Below are positions 37,656-48,343 of a DNA stretch of 64,000 nt, piece by piece (the stretch's first letter is position 1; each line of letters begins with the position of its first letter). The position numbers and the translations under genes are program-made. The DNA lies in the IMG/VR virus record IMGVR_UViG_3300010399_000039, positions 7,220-71,219 of that record. One strand, given 5' to 3'. Below the pieces are notes generated by a model. That model had not been told where the DNA came from. It saw only the letters and a list, made by a program, of their open reading frames with translations, and did not search any database. The stretch is from a virus.

Positions 37656-40600
37656 ATGGCCGAAACCGACTTTCGTATTGAAGACTTCTTAGGCGACTCG
37701 CCTTCTCCCGCTGGCGGCTCATATCCCGCCGACCCCGAATACGATCCAATCCCAGGTGACGACAGATCACAGAACCGAGCATACGCGCGCAAGGAAGCAG
37801 CCAAGCGCCGCCTCGATCCTGATTTCGTTGATCGGCTTTTCAAACAGGAATCCGGCTATAACCGAAAGGCCGTCAGCAACAACGGTGCGCTGGGCATAGG
37901 CCAGTTGCTTCCAGAAACCGCCAAACGCTACGGAGTGACTGATCCTTTCGACGCAAAGCAGAACATCGATGCCAGCTTGAGCCACATCGAGGATCTTCAT
38001 CGTCGCTTCAACGGCGACACCAGAAAGGTTGCAGCCGGATACTTCGCGGGTGAGGGTGCAGCAGAGAAGGCACTGGCGAACCCAAGAGGCAATCCAAAGA
38101 CGAAAGCCTATGCTGATCAGATAGCCGGACGAGCGCCGTCATTCCAGATTGAAGACTACTTCGGCGACGGCCCTCAGAGCCCCGTAGCCGCGCCGCAGGT
38201 TCAGGTGTCAGCTAAGCCCTTCCAGATCGAAGATTATTTCGGAGACACGCCCACGGCTTCACCGGGGCTACCAGAAACGAACGTGGTCGCGGAGGCACCA
38301 CCAGCGGTCATAGAGGCACCTGCGCAAGCTCCCAATCTTCGACCACCGACCACGCCGAAGATCGCCCCTCAAGGCCCAACTGGCGTTGAAATCAACCTGA
38401 CCGAGCATCTTCGTTCTGGGCAGACCCCAACCCCGCAAGATATTGGCAAACTCAGCTATCAGGGACTCGGGTTCACCGACGAAGAAGCGGCAGACTTTGC
38501 CAAAGCGGTTCTTAGCAAGCCGCATGTGAGCCAACAGGACATCGCGAGCGTCTTCTATCAACCCGCCGATGAGGGTTCGACAAAGGTGTTGCTCGCTCGC
38601 GCAGCGCAGGACGAAGGCGGGCGAGTCATTCTCCCTGACCTGGAGGCGCACAACTCGGATGCGAAGCGGTCGTGGCTCCAGCACTACCGGGCAGAGAAGG
38701 GCAAACAGGCCACGAGTGATAAACGCAGCGCTGAGATCGAACGGCTTGCTGCGCTTCCAGAATCCAAACGCGAAGATGCCGCAACGAAATTCGCACTGGC
38801 TCAGGAGAAAGCAGGCACGCCGCTGACGCCAGAAGAACGAAAGAGACTTGGCGGCGGGCCGCTTCCGATGGGCGGTGCGGTACTGACCGATCTCGGCTCC
38901 ATCATCAGAGGTGCAGGCGAAGGATTTGTTGCGCCTACAATCAAGGGAGTGGGTCGATTATTTGGAAGCGAGAAGACAAAAGAATTCGGCGCCTGGATTG
39001 AGCAGACCGCGAGAGAACGTGAGGCTCTTTATGGTCGACAGGGTTCGATAGGAGAGGCTGAAAGAACGGTCGGAGCGATCGCACCCGCGCTCGCAACCGG
39101 ATCGGTCGGCGCAATGGCGTCACTTGGAGCGCTTGGCTCTTACGGACAAGGGAAATCCGCACCCGTCGCGGCGGCCGAAGGGGCGTTGACCTATCTCGGG
39201 CTCAAAGGTGTGGGTCAGATGATGAGATACATCAAAGCTCCGAATTTGTTCCGTGGGCTCCAGGCGTTGACCGATGACGAGATCAAAGCCCTCGACGAAG
39301 CTGTGACGACCGGCAAGATGAAACCGGCGGATGCGGCAGCGGCAGCGGAAGCCGAAACCGCACGGCGCATCCTCGAAGCCTCGAAGTTCTTCTCGGCCGA
39401 CAAAGCGCCAACCGGACTTAGCAGGGGCGATCTCGAATCCCTGCAAAGTTGGATAGCGTCTGGCCGCATCACCGAAACGCAAGCAGAACGACTCGCTCAG
39501 AAAGTCGTCAGCGAGCAAGTAAAAGCGGGTGCGGCTGTGCCGACGTTGACCGAGGGGCAGAGCATCAGCCCGACTCTCGAAAAAGTGCTTGGCGGTGCGT
39601 TTCTCGCGACGGTTCCAACGTTGGTCGAAACGGCGGCTGGCAATCCGCCTACCTCGGAATCAATGTTCCACAATCTTGTCTTGGCGGCGCTCGCAGAAGG
39701 AAGCGGAGCACTGAAAGGCAAAGCCGAAACAAAACCAGAACGCGGCAAGATCGAAGAAGTATCGAGAGAAGAAGTTGGAACAAAGCAAGGCGAACCTCTC
39801 GTTGCGAACAAAACCGACGAGGTTCCCTTGGGAACGAAAGCCGTATGGCGATCAGCGGATGGTGACATCCCCGTAATTGTCACAGGCGATCTCGGAGTGA
39901 AGAACGGACGGCGCTTTGTTCAGGTCGCGGAATCGAAAGCCGGTATTCCCGTCGACGAACTCGCAGGAGCGCCAAAGGAGAATCTCAGTGATAGCGATAA
40001 GGGACCAGTTCCCACAACAGTACAAGGAAAGCCAACTGCCAGCGCTGAAGAAGCAGCCGGTGAAACAGCGCCCAGCCCCGAAGCCAAGCCCGAAGGGAAA
40101 GTAACGACCACAACGAAAGGAGAATCAGATGCCGAAGCAATACGAAGAGATCAAGAAAAGCTACGAGAAGCGCGGAGTGCCGGAACCGAAAGCAAAGGAA
40201 CTAGCAGCGCGGACGTTCATCAAGAAGGGGTCGGGCGGCAACCCGTCGAGCCGAGCGAAGTCACTGCACGCGGACAAGCCGAAGAGCAAGTAACCGAGAA
40301 GGGTGCAGAAACTCCCACTGCGCCCGTCCGTAAACTCGCGCATGAACGATTCGGCGAGGTCACGGTTGCTGAGAATCAAGACGGAGTGGAAGCCGGGCAT
40401 CTTCGCGTGAAGGATAGCACGGGCGATGAGCATGTGATTCAGAATCCGAGATTGCACGGGAACCAGCTTGCGGCGTTTGTGAAACCGGAGCCTGTTCAGC
40501 CAGTAGCGGAGACACCGCCAGCCGCGCCGACGCCGCTACAACCTCCAAGTAAACCGGCCATACCTCTAAGTAAACAGCCCGCAGCTCCAAGTAAGCCCTC

Positions 40601-43600
40601 GGTCGCTGCGCCAAAGCCCCAAGTTCCAGCAGCCGATGCCTTCTCTCAAGCTCTCTCTGTCCGCCTCGAAGAGAAGCGCCAATCAGCAGCCGAGCAGTTC
40701 AAGCAGCGGGTCCGCGAGTCTCGCGGGGCACCGAAGCTCTATCAGGAACCGGGAAGCCAGCGGATTGGGATTTTCAACAAGGACGGAAAGCTCGTAGGAA
40801 CCGCTTCGCTCAGCGAGTCGAGCGATCCTCAGAAGTGGGTGAATCGGAACTATCCCAAAGATCATACCTGGGGACCACTCACGATGGAGGGCGAGGGTAA
40901 GAAGCAGATTGCGAGCGGCAGAGAGAAACAGGCGAACATCTTGGCGCAGACGAAGACTCCCCAAGCCTACGAAGACATCGAGCTCCCCGACGAGGTAAAG
41001 CGCCCGCTGCTTGAAATCGCACAGTCCTTCATGGCCGAAGGCGAAGCGGATTACTCAAAACTCGTCGCGAACTTCGAAAAGCTGCTCGGTGGAGACTTCG
41101 AATACGTTGTCGATGTGCTCCCAACTGTAGTTGCTCACGCAGAGAAGCTTCAACGCCTCAGAAGCGCGCCTTCAGACAAGATCGACCTCGCGCCCGGCGA
41201 AGCGAAAGAGAAGGCAGCAGTCATCGGCAAACCTTCTCGCGTTGTCACGCCTCGCGGCATCGAAGCGCAGACTCGTTTTGCGCTGTTTGAATCCGATCAG
41301 CCGATCACAAGCCATGATGTCGAGCTTCGCCCGAATCCTCACTTCCCTGAAGGCGTGCAGAATCGCGACCGCGCCAAGGTGTCGAGCGAAGACGATCTGC
41401 AGCAAAAGATAAAACGCTTCGAACCTGAATATCTGGGGAAGAGCATCGAGGCTGGACGCGGCGCTCCAATCGTCGGACCCGACATGGCGGTTGAGTCGGG
41501 CAACGGGCGAGTGATTATGCTTCGCCGAATCTATCGCGATCACCCGGAACAAGCAGCGAAGTACAGAGCATGGCTGAAAGAGAACGCTGCGAAGTTCGGA
41601 ATGACACCGGCCCAAGTCGAAGCGATGAAGCAACCGATCCTTGCTCAGATCAGAGCAACAGAATTCAGCCCCGCCGAAAGGATTCAATTCGCGGAACAAG
41701 CCAACGAAGACACGCAGTTGAAGCTTTCGCCAGTCGAAGTAGCACGTGGCGATGCAAGAAAACTCAGCGCCGGATTGATTGCGCAATTCAAGCCAAGCGA
41801 AGACGGCGACATTCTTGCGGCCAGTAACCGAGAGTTCGTGAAAGGCTTTCTCGATCAAGTAGTCGGGCCATCCCGCGGCGATCTTCTGACAAGCGATGGC
41901 TCGCTGAACCAGACCGGTGTCGATCGTGTTCGCAACGCGATATTCGCCAGAGCCTACGCTGACACCGATGCCGGGATCTCCGCGCTCGAGAAACTTGCTG
42001 AAGAGACCGACGTGAACACAAAGCGCGTGATCAACGCAATGGTTACGGTGGCGCCGCGCTTCGTTGAATTAAAGCAGATGATTACCGGCGGCGGTCGCTA
42101 CGCGCTGGATCTGTCGCCGGACCTTGCGGAAGCCGCGAAGCAACTTGCGCTGGTCAGAGAGTCGGGAATCACGGTTGATGAGTTTCTTCGACAGGGCCAG
42201 CTTTTCGGCGAGAATCTAAGTCGGGTTCAAAAGAAACTGCTCTGGACCTTGAATGAGAACGCGCGTTCGGCGACTAAGCTTTCCCAGGTGTTGACAAACT
42301 ATCTGGATGCGGTTGATGCTATCGGTGATCCAAGGCAGCAATCGTTCTTCAGTCAGAACGTGCCGACGAAGGAAGAGATTCTGGAAGCGGCCGTAAGGCG
42401 AACCCAAGATGCTGACCAATCAAACATTGCAACGGCTGCGGAACAAGCTATCGGTGGCGCACGTGAGGGCTTATTTACCGAAAGGCAAAGCGCCGCGGCT
42501 GCCGGAACGCAAGCCGCGCCCGCCGGTAGTAGCAAGAGCGCTGATGTTGCTCCGAAGAAAACAGAAGTCAAACCTGCCGTCACCGCCACCGACCGGCAAT
42601 CCTTCCGACGAGCTCTAATCGAACAGTGGGGATACTCCGAAGAAGTCGCGCATAGAACCTCTGAGGTAATGGAGGCGCTGGCGCAGAGCTACGTTTACGA
42701 TCTCAAGCAAAGCGATCCGAAGACTGACGCCGCGAAGGTGAAGCGCGCGTTCTACGAAACGGTGAGGATTGCGCCGGCGGTAAAGTCGGTCTTCAACCGA
42801 GGCACGTTCGACCCGAACGACCCGAATATCTTAAAGCAAGGGGAGCTTGCCTCAACCGAATTCACTCAAACAGGCGAAGCCATCATCCGCGCCGGTCAGA
42901 ACCCAAATGCTTCTTCCGCGATCCACGAAATCTTTCATGGCTCGCTTCCGATCCTTGCGCGGCTCGCCAATCAGCCAACAGCACCCGCTACCTTGAAATC
43001 GGCCATAGGAGCCATTCTTGAGCATTCCGGTTTTGAAGGCATTCCCGAATATCTACGTCAGCATCAAGGATGGGTAGATGGTTCCGCAACGCAGGCTGAT
43101 CGAGACAGCTATCGCGCCGGGTCGGAGAAAGGTGCACGAGCCTGGGAGGGCTACTTCAGAGAAGGCAACGCGCCAACCTCCGCGCTCAAAGCCGCGTTCG
43201 ACAAATTCAAGGAATGGCTCTCACGAATCTATCAACGCATTCGTCCCGACATGGAGATGTCGGACAGCGTTCGCCGTGCGTTTGATCGAATCCTCGGCGG
43301 CGAACGCGAACAGGCCGCGCTCAAGATCAAGGAAGCTGATCACTGGAACTTCCGCCGCTCATCGTTCGCATCGCCCGAAACTGAAGCAAAGTTTCGCGAC
43401 ATCGTGCGACAAGCCGCCGTTGAAAGCGGCGGGGAACACAAAGCGCCGGTCTCTCGCGAGCAACACCTTGAGCGAGTCGCGGAACTCGAACCCGATCTTA
43501 TCAAAGAGGTCAAAAGTCTCAGACAAATTCAAATCGCGTCTCGTGAAGTTTTCACGGCAGCGGCCCAATACGCCCAGACTCTCACGAATCAAGCGCAGCA

Positions 43601-46600
43601 ACTCAGAGCGCAGATCACGCCAGCTACCTTGCCGCACGAGCAACTTGAACTCGAAGACAAGATCGCGGCGCTCGAACATGACGCCACCGAGATCATGGCT
43701 CACACGATTGGCGTGCGTTCAGAATTTGGCCGTAATCTCGCGCTGCTTGCCGCTCAAAAGACCGATCAGCTCGCGCCCGAGAAGGTGTTGGCGTTTGGCA
43801 AGAAGCTCGCCGCGCAGAAAGGGCTCGATCAGAACTCGCGAACGTGGCGCACGGCGGCTCAGAAGCTCGTCGGGTTGAGCAACGAGATTCAGGGCGCACA
43901 GACCGAGAAGAATCGGATTCAGAAAGAGCGCAAGGCCGTTCAGGACGGGACCGCGACGAAAGCAACAAAGCGTGCGCCGTGGCAAAGCGTGATGCTTGGA
44001 AACCTGAAAGCGCAGGCTAACGAAGCAAGCGCGAGACTTCAGGAACTCTACGGCAAAAAGCTCTATCAAGAAGGCTCACTGACTGCCGATGAAATGGATC
44101 GCGTCAAGGCGAAGTTTGAATTCTTGAAAGCGGAAGCAAAGAAGACCAGCCAGCCTCTCAGGACCGCAGTGGACGATTACATTCGGCAGGGCGGGCTATT
44201 CGGAGCCGAACTCTCGCCTGCGCAGCAAGGCGCGCTCATGGAGATGGCGAACCCAACCAGACGCGCCGCGCTGAAGACAGAACAAGCTTCGCTGTTTGAA
44301 ACCTCGCCCACTTTGGAATCTCGCCGGGAACAATCGCAGATCGACAAGGCGGGGCCGTCAAATCTTCTGTTCCAAGAAGACGACATCCCATCAGTGGCGC
44401 ACGACATCGCAACGATCCTTGCTGCTCGTGTAGCCGAAGAGTCGCAAACCAAGAAAGGGCTCCCGCTTGATCGAATCCTCGAAGAGATGCGGGCCAGCTT
44501 CCCCGACATAATCGGCGAGTATGAAGAGCAGATCAAAGCGACCGCTGACAGCTTGCTCAAGGATGCCCGGCGCCAAGCGCTTGTCTCCGCTGCGCGCAAT
44601 CCCGAACAGGCGATGAGCGCACGGGCGGAACTTGCTCGGGACATCGCCGATGCGCGGCGCGCCGTGAAGGAAGCGGAGAAAGCCGCAGCCAAGAAGAAAG
44701 CCCAGATGGATGCTGCCTGGGAAGCCGACAATGTGAAAGCTCAGAAGGAAGCGGCGCGGCTTTGGGATAAATCGAACGCGGAATGGCGCAAGGCATCGGA
44801 AGAAGCAGAGACCCAACTGCCCAAGGCTGAGATTCAAGCGCAACGAGTGTTTGAGCGCCAACAGCGTGCGGCGGTGATCGAAGAGGCGAAGCGCGAAACC
44901 GAGGCCGCGAAGATTCAGGAACAGGCTCGTCTCGAAGAGGTCGCTGATGCTGCGCGGGAAGAACTGAAGCGAGCGCGAGAAGCCGCGATGGAGTCGATCA
45001 AGAGCAACGTGGCTGCTCCGGCGAGAGAGCGAAAAGCAGCGGAACGTAAAGCGGCGGCAGCTTCCCGAAAGTGGAACGCGCCGATTATCCAAGCGGCATC
45101 AGAAGCGCGCGCCAGAATCACTCAACCCGATTACGTACCGACCATCGATGATCTCGCAGCGATCGCGGCCGACAAGACTTTCGAGCCGGGCATGACCGGC
45201 GCACAGCTTCACGCCGAGATGCAGCAATACGGGAAGCCGTACACGAAGAACATTCCGCAGATTCGTCACGCAGCCGCAGAACTGAAATCCAATGCGAGCA
45301 AGGCGGCGATTCAACGTAGGCTTGAAGCAAAGGCGGCGGGCCGGGCGGAAGGGTTAACGAAACCCGCAGAGCAACAGCAGGCGCGCGAGGATTACGCAAA
45401 GTGGCAACAGGAAGAACTCGCGAGACTGGCCGCCGAGGAGGCATGGCAGACCAAGCGCGTGCAAACCGCGAAGCGGGATCTTGCGAAAGAATTTGCAAAG
45501 CTACAGAAGCCGTCGAAGCTGGACGTTACGCTTGATTTGTTGGGCCTGCCGATCTCGTTGGCTTCATCAGTTGACTTACCGCATCTTCGCCAGGGCATCC
45601 CCACGCTGATGAATCACCCGCGGGCTTGGTTCGAGTCTCTGATGAAAAGCTTTAGCACTTGGACCGAAGGGCAGATGGAAACCCGGCTAAACGAATTGGA
45701 GCGATCGCCACTCGCGGAGCTGGCGCACCTTTCGGGGCTGAAACAATCGGGTCTCGAAGCCCGTCGTAATCCACTCTCGAGACTTGCTCGCGAAGAACAG
45801 TTTCAAAACCGCATCGCTCAGATGGTGCCCCACGTCAGAGTTAGCGAACGCCAATACACGACCGGAATGGACGTGATGCGCTACAAAGTCTTCGAACTGC
45901 ATGCCGAGAAGATGCTGAACAAATTCCCGCCGGCGCTTCATCCTGAAATGTATTCGGAGATTGCGCGGATCGTGAACATAATGACCGGCGTCGGCGATCT
46001 CGGTTCTTTCACGCATTACGCGCCGTTCCTGAATCGCTTCGTGCTGTATGCGACGCGCTATCTCGTCTCTCGATTCCAACTGCTCGGGATGCTTCGCTCG
46101 CCCGCGTTCTATAGAGGCCAGCCGTGGGAAGTCAGAAAGATTGCCGCGAAGGAAGCTTATGGCTACGTCGGCAAGATGGCGCTCTTGTTCGGCGCACTGG
46201 CGGCGGTCGGGCTGACGAGTCTCGATGTCGACGATGACGATTTTCTAAAACTGCGCGTCCCGAAGACAAATCAGAAGTGGGATTTGACCGGCGGCATGGG
46301 CGGGTATGTAAAGACGCTATTCAAGCTGGCACGTTCTGCTTACCGCAAGAGCACCGGCCAGCGAGAATTCGCGGGCGATTCTGCCGGAGACACCATACAG
46401 CAATTCGTCAGATCGAAGCTCGCACCGGCACCCGCGACGTTGTGGGATTGGAAAACCGGAAAGACCTATACGGGCGAACCTTTCACTTGGGGCGGCAAGG
46501 TCGGCGAACTCGTGACGCCAATGGTGGCGCGGGATATCTTCGACGCGATCAAAACGGATGGCGCACGAGGCGCGGTTATGATTCCGTTTGGACTGCTCGG

Positions 46601-47144
46601 TGGGAATGTCTCCACTTACCGATCGCGCAAAATGCCAGATCGAACACAATCGGAAGCCGAGCGCTACGCTACGGGATTCTTACGTGAGAACATGGGCCAG
46701 ACCTCAGAGAACCCAGCCGACTACAAACGCCGCACGCTGATTACCGAACTCGCCGCAGCGAAGAAAGCCGGAAAGCCAACGGATCGCATTGAGCGCGATC
46801 TTGCGGCGGCGGGCGGGCCTTTGAGTCCGAAGGAACAAGAGCGTGTCACCGAGCGCGTCGCCCAGACCCCACTTGAACATGCATATCCGCATCTGCACGA
46901 AGATCAAAAGGCGGAAGTGCTTAAGGTCGCAACCGATGCCGAAAAGCAAATGATCGAACCTCACTATCGAAAGATTGAAGAATTGCAGGACAGATTTGTG
47001 AACGCACTGAAAGCGCAGCCGGGCTTCGCGGACAAGTCACCCCAGGAACAGAAAGAGGCCATCAAGAAGGCGCTTTCTTACGCAAGAACACTCGTCCATA
47101 AAGCGGCGAAGCGAAGCCGCGCCAGCATTCCCGCTCCACAATAG
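37656..47144 (+). CDS. giant polyvalent internal virion protein: SLT lytic transglycosylase + DdrB-like ParB + HExxH domain
   Basis: QESGYN..AVS..GA.GIGQLLPETA...AGYFAG (SLT); TSHD...QNRDR...GAPIVG..VESGNGR (DdrB-ParB); HEIFH...ARAWEGYFREG.AP. Confidence 0.85.
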   Translation: MAETDFRIEDFLGDSPSPAGGSYPADPEYDPIPGDDRSQNRAYARKEAAKRRLDPDFVDRLFKQESGYNRKAVSNNGALGIGQLLPETAKRYGVTDPFDAKQNIDASLSHIEDLHRRFNGDTRKVAAGYFAGEGAAEKALANPRGNPKTKAYADQIAGRAPSFQIEDYFGDGPQSPVAAPQVQVSAKPFQIEDYFGDTPTASPGLPETNVVAEAPPAVIEAPAQAPNLRPPTTPKIAPQGPTGVEINLTEHLRSGQTPTPQDIGKLSYQGLGFTDEEAADFAKAVLSKPHVSQQDIASVFYQPADEGSTKVLLARAAQDEGGRVILPDLEAHNSDAKRSWLQHYRAEKGKQATSDKRSAEIERLAALPESKREDAATKFALAQEKAGTPLTPEERKRLGGGPLPMGGAVLTDLGSIIRGAGEGFVAPTIKGVGRLFGSEKTKEFGAWIEQTAREREALYGRQGSIGEAERTVGAIAPALATGSVGAMASLGALGSYGQGKSAPVAAAEGALTYLGLKGVGQMMRYIKAPNLFRGLQALTDDEIKALDEAVTTGKMKPADAAAAAEAETARRILEASKFFSADKAPTGLSRGDLESLQSWIASGRITETQAERLAQKVVSEQVKAGAAVPTLTEGQSISPTLEKVLGGAFLATVPTLVETAAGNPPTSESMFHNLVLAALAEGSGALKGKAETKPERGKIEEVSREEVGTKQGEPLVANKTDEVPLGTKAVWRSADGDIPVIVTGDLGVKNGRRFVQVAESKAGIPVDELAGAPKENLSDSDKGPVPTTVQGKPTASAEEAAGETAPSPEAKPEGKVTTTTKGESDAEAIRRDQEKLREARSAGTESKGTSSADVHQEGVGRQPVEPSEVTARGQAEEQVTEKGAETPTAPVRKLAHERFGEVTVAENQDGVEAGHLRVKDSTGDEHVIQNPRLHGNQLAAFVKPEPVQPVAETPPAAPTPLQPPSKPAIPLSKQPAAPSKPSVAAPKPQVPAADAFSQALSVRLEEKRQSAAEQFKQRVRESRGAPKLYQEPGSQRIGIFNKDGKLVGTASLSESSDPQKWVNRNYPKDHTWGPLTMEGEGKKQIASGREKQANILAQTKTPQAYEDIELPDEVKRPLLEIAQSFMAEGEADYSKLVANFEKLLGGDFEYVVDVLPTVVAHAEKLQRLRSAPSDKIDLAPGEAKEKAAVIGKPSRVVTPRGIEAQTRFALFESDQPITSHDVELRPNPHFPEGVQNRDRAKVSSEDDLQQKIKRFEPEYLGKSIEAGRGAPIVGPDMAVESGNGRVIMLRRIYRDHPEQAAKYRAWLKENAAKFGMTPAQVEAMKQPILAQIRATEFSPAERIQFAEQANEDTQLKLSPVEVARGDARKLSAGLIAQFKPSEDGDILAASNREFVKGFLDQVVGPSRGDLLTSDGSLNQTGVDRVRNAIFARAYADTDAGISALEKLAEETDVNTKRVINAMVTVAPRFVELKQMITGGGRYALDLSPDLAEAAKQLALVRESGITVDEFLRQGQLFGENLSRVQKKLLWTLNENARSATKLSQVLTNYLDAVDAIGDPRQQSFFSQNVPTKEEILEAAVRRTQDADQSNIATAAEQAIGGAREGLFTERQSAAAAGTQAAPAGSSKSADVAPKKTEVKPAVTATDRQSFRRALIEQWGYSEEVAHRTSEVMEALAQSYVYDLKQSDPKTDAAKVKRAFYETVRIAPAVKSVFNRGTFDPNDPNILKQGELASTEFTQTGEAIIRAGQNPNASSAIHEIFHGSLPILARLANQPTAPATLKSAIGAILEHSGFEGIPEYLRQHQGWVDGSATQADRDSYRAGSEKGARAWEGYFREGNAPTSALKAAFDKFKEWLSRIYQRIRPDMEMSDSVRRAFDRILGGEREQAALKIKEADHWNFRRSSFASPETEAKFRDIVRQAAVESGGEHKAPVSREQHLERVAELEPDLIKEVKSLRQIQIASREVFTAAAQYAQTLTNQAQQLRAQITPATLPHEQLELEDKIAALEHDATEIMAHTIGVRSEFGRNLALLAAQKTDQLAPEKVLAFGKKLAAQKGLDQNSRTWRTAAQKLVGLSNEIQGAQTEKNRIQKERKAVQDGTATKATKRAPWQSVMLGNLKAQANEASARLQELYGKKLYQEGSLTADEMDRVKAKFEFLKAEAKKTSQPLRTAVDDYIRQGGLFGAELSPAQQGALMEMANPTRRAALKTEQASLFETSPTLESRREQSQIDKAGPSNLLFQEDDIPSVAHDIATILAARVAEESQTKKGLPLDRILEEMRASFPDIIGEYEEQIKATADSLLKDARRQALVSAARNPEQAMSARAELARDIADARRAVKEAEKAAAKKKAQMDAAWEADNVKAQKEAARLWDKSNAEWRKASEEAETQLPKAEIQAQRVFERQQRAAVIEEAKRETEAAKIQEQARLEEVADAAREELKRAREAAMESIKSNVAAPARERKAAERKAAAASRKWNAPIIQAASEARARITQPDYVPTIDDLAAIAADKTFEPGMTGAQLHAEMQQYGKPYTKNIPQIRHAAAELKSNASKAAIQRRLEAKAAGRAEGLTKPAEQQQAREDYAKWQQEELARLAAEEAWQTKRVQTAKRDLAKEFAKLQKPSKLDVTLDLLGLPISLASSVDLPHLRQGIPTLMNHPRAWFESLMKSFSTWTEGQMETRLNELERSPLAELAHLSGLKQSGLEARRNPLSRLAREEQFQNRIAQMVPHVRVSERQYTTGMDVMRYKVFELHAEKMLNKFPPALHPEMYSEIARIVNIMTGVGDLGSFTHYAPFLNRFVLYATRYLVSRFQLLGMLRSPAFYRGQPWEVRKIAAKEAYGYVGKMALLFGALAAVGLTSLDVDDDDFLKLRVPKTNQKWDLTGGMGGYVKTLFKLARSAYRKSTGQREFAGDSAGDTIQQFVRSKLAPAPATLWDWKTGKTYTGEPFTWGGKVGELVTPMVARDIFDAIKTDGARGAVMIPFGLLGGNVSTYRSRKMPDRTQSEAERYATGFLRENMGQTSENPADYKRRTLITELAAAKKAGKPTDRIERDLAAAGGPLSPKEQERVTERVAQTPLEHAYPHLHEDQKAEVLKVATDAEKQMIEPHYRKIEELQDRFVNALKAQPGFADKSPQEQKEAIKKALSYARTLVHKAAKRSRASIPAPQ

Positions 47145-47145
47145 C

Positions 47146-47174
47146 TTGACCAGTCCCGTGCCTCGGCGTACACT
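47146..47174 (+). promoter_or_regulatory. sigma70-like promoter
   Basis: TTGACC-17nt-TACACT immediately after the giant gene's stop codon. Confidence 0.6.
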
Positions 47175-47194
47175 CGCGGTGAAATGAATCACCG

Positions 47195-48004
47195 ATGACA
47201 CTCGACAAGATTAAGACTATCGCCATCGTCCTCGTCTGCGTCCTTGCGATCCTCGTGCTCGGCGAGAGCGCCTACACGATTCACGTCCTTCGCCCGAAGG
47301 CCATCGAAACCGTTTCCAATCTGAACGACACAACCGGCGACGTGAAGGAATACGTTCACGAACAACTCGCGATTGTCAGAAGCCCCGCTTTTCAGAAGAA
47401 CATCGAACATTCATCAGAGGTCGGGGACATCACCGCCAAAACAATCGCGCAGATCGCGCGGCGCACGCTTCCACGGGTTGATAGGGCAATCGACGAACTG
47501 ACGGCGAGGCTTGTGACTCTGGATACGGTGCTGGTCAGCGTGAGAGGCGTAAGCGACGAAGCTCGCGTCCAGGTCAAACACAACGGTGACGAAGCTACAA
47601 AGACTCTCGCATCACTCAACCGAACGATCTCGGACGTCGACACCCGATTCAGCAAGATACTCGATGACGGCGCATTGATGCTTGAGACCGCGAACCCAAA
47701 GCTGCAGGAACTTCTCGATCACACAAGCGCCGTGATGATCGACGCGGACGGCACGATAAAATCCTTCCAGCCGGTAGGCGTCAATCTGGCGGGTATCACG
47801 GCAGACTTCAACGCAATGACGACGGATTCAAGGAACAAATTGCATGAGATTCTGTTTCCGGCGCCGAAGCACGGATGGGCGCGCGTAGGTCAGGTTGCCA
47901 CGTACCTGCTACGGCCCGTCTTTGAAGGAGCGCGGCTTTATTTCCAACTAACCGCTTTGCCGGTGCGGATCACTCAGCCAGTGCCATTACCGAAGGCACC
48001 ATAA
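47195..48004 (+). CDS. N-terminal TM coiled-coil protein (i-spanin or MCE-helical-like candidate)
   Basis: IAIVLVCVLAILVLG anchor followed by long heptad repeats. Confidence 0.6.
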   Translation: MTLDKIKTIAIVLVCVLAILVLGESAYTIHVLRPKAIETVSNLNDTTGDVKEYVHEQLAIVRSPAFQKNIEHSSEVGDITAKTIAQIARRTLPRVDRAIDELTARLVTLDTVLVSVRGVSDEARVQVKHNGDEATKTLASLNRTISDVDTRFSKILDDGALMLETANPKLQELLDHTSAVMIDADGTIKSFQPVGVNLAGITADFNAMTTDSRNKLHEILFPAPKHGWARVGQVATYLLRPVFEGARLYFQLTALPVRITQPVPLPKAP

Positions 48005-48014
48005 GGAGCGGCTA

Positions 48015-48335
48015 ATGGACGATCTGCTAACGGAACAACTCACGCTGAAACTCGAAGCCGTCCTGACCGACCTTAGAGCGGGCAAGCCGTTTTCGGTTGG
48101 CACCCATCCCGAATTGCTCGTCTTGATGCTCGGGATGTCGAGTGCGGACGCGGTGGACGTACCGGACAACAATTCGTGGCGCGAACTCGGGCAAGGATTA
48201 GCTGCGACTCTGGCGGAACTGTTTGCGAGCGTCGAACAAAGCCACTTGAAAGCTTTGGCTGTTCGGTACGTGAAGGAATATCGAGAATTTCTCGCGCGGC
48301 GTGAAAGCATGATCGCGCAGGCAGGAACATCATAG
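48015..48335 (+). CDS. hypothetical protein
   Basis: AAGGAG RBS. Confidence 0.55.
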   Translation: MDDLLTEQLTLKLEAVLTDLRAGKPFSVGTHPELLVLMLGMSSADAVDVPDNNSWRELGQGLAATLAELFASVEQSHLKALAVRYVKEYREFLARRESMIAQAGTS

Positions 48336-48343
48336 GAGGCTCG

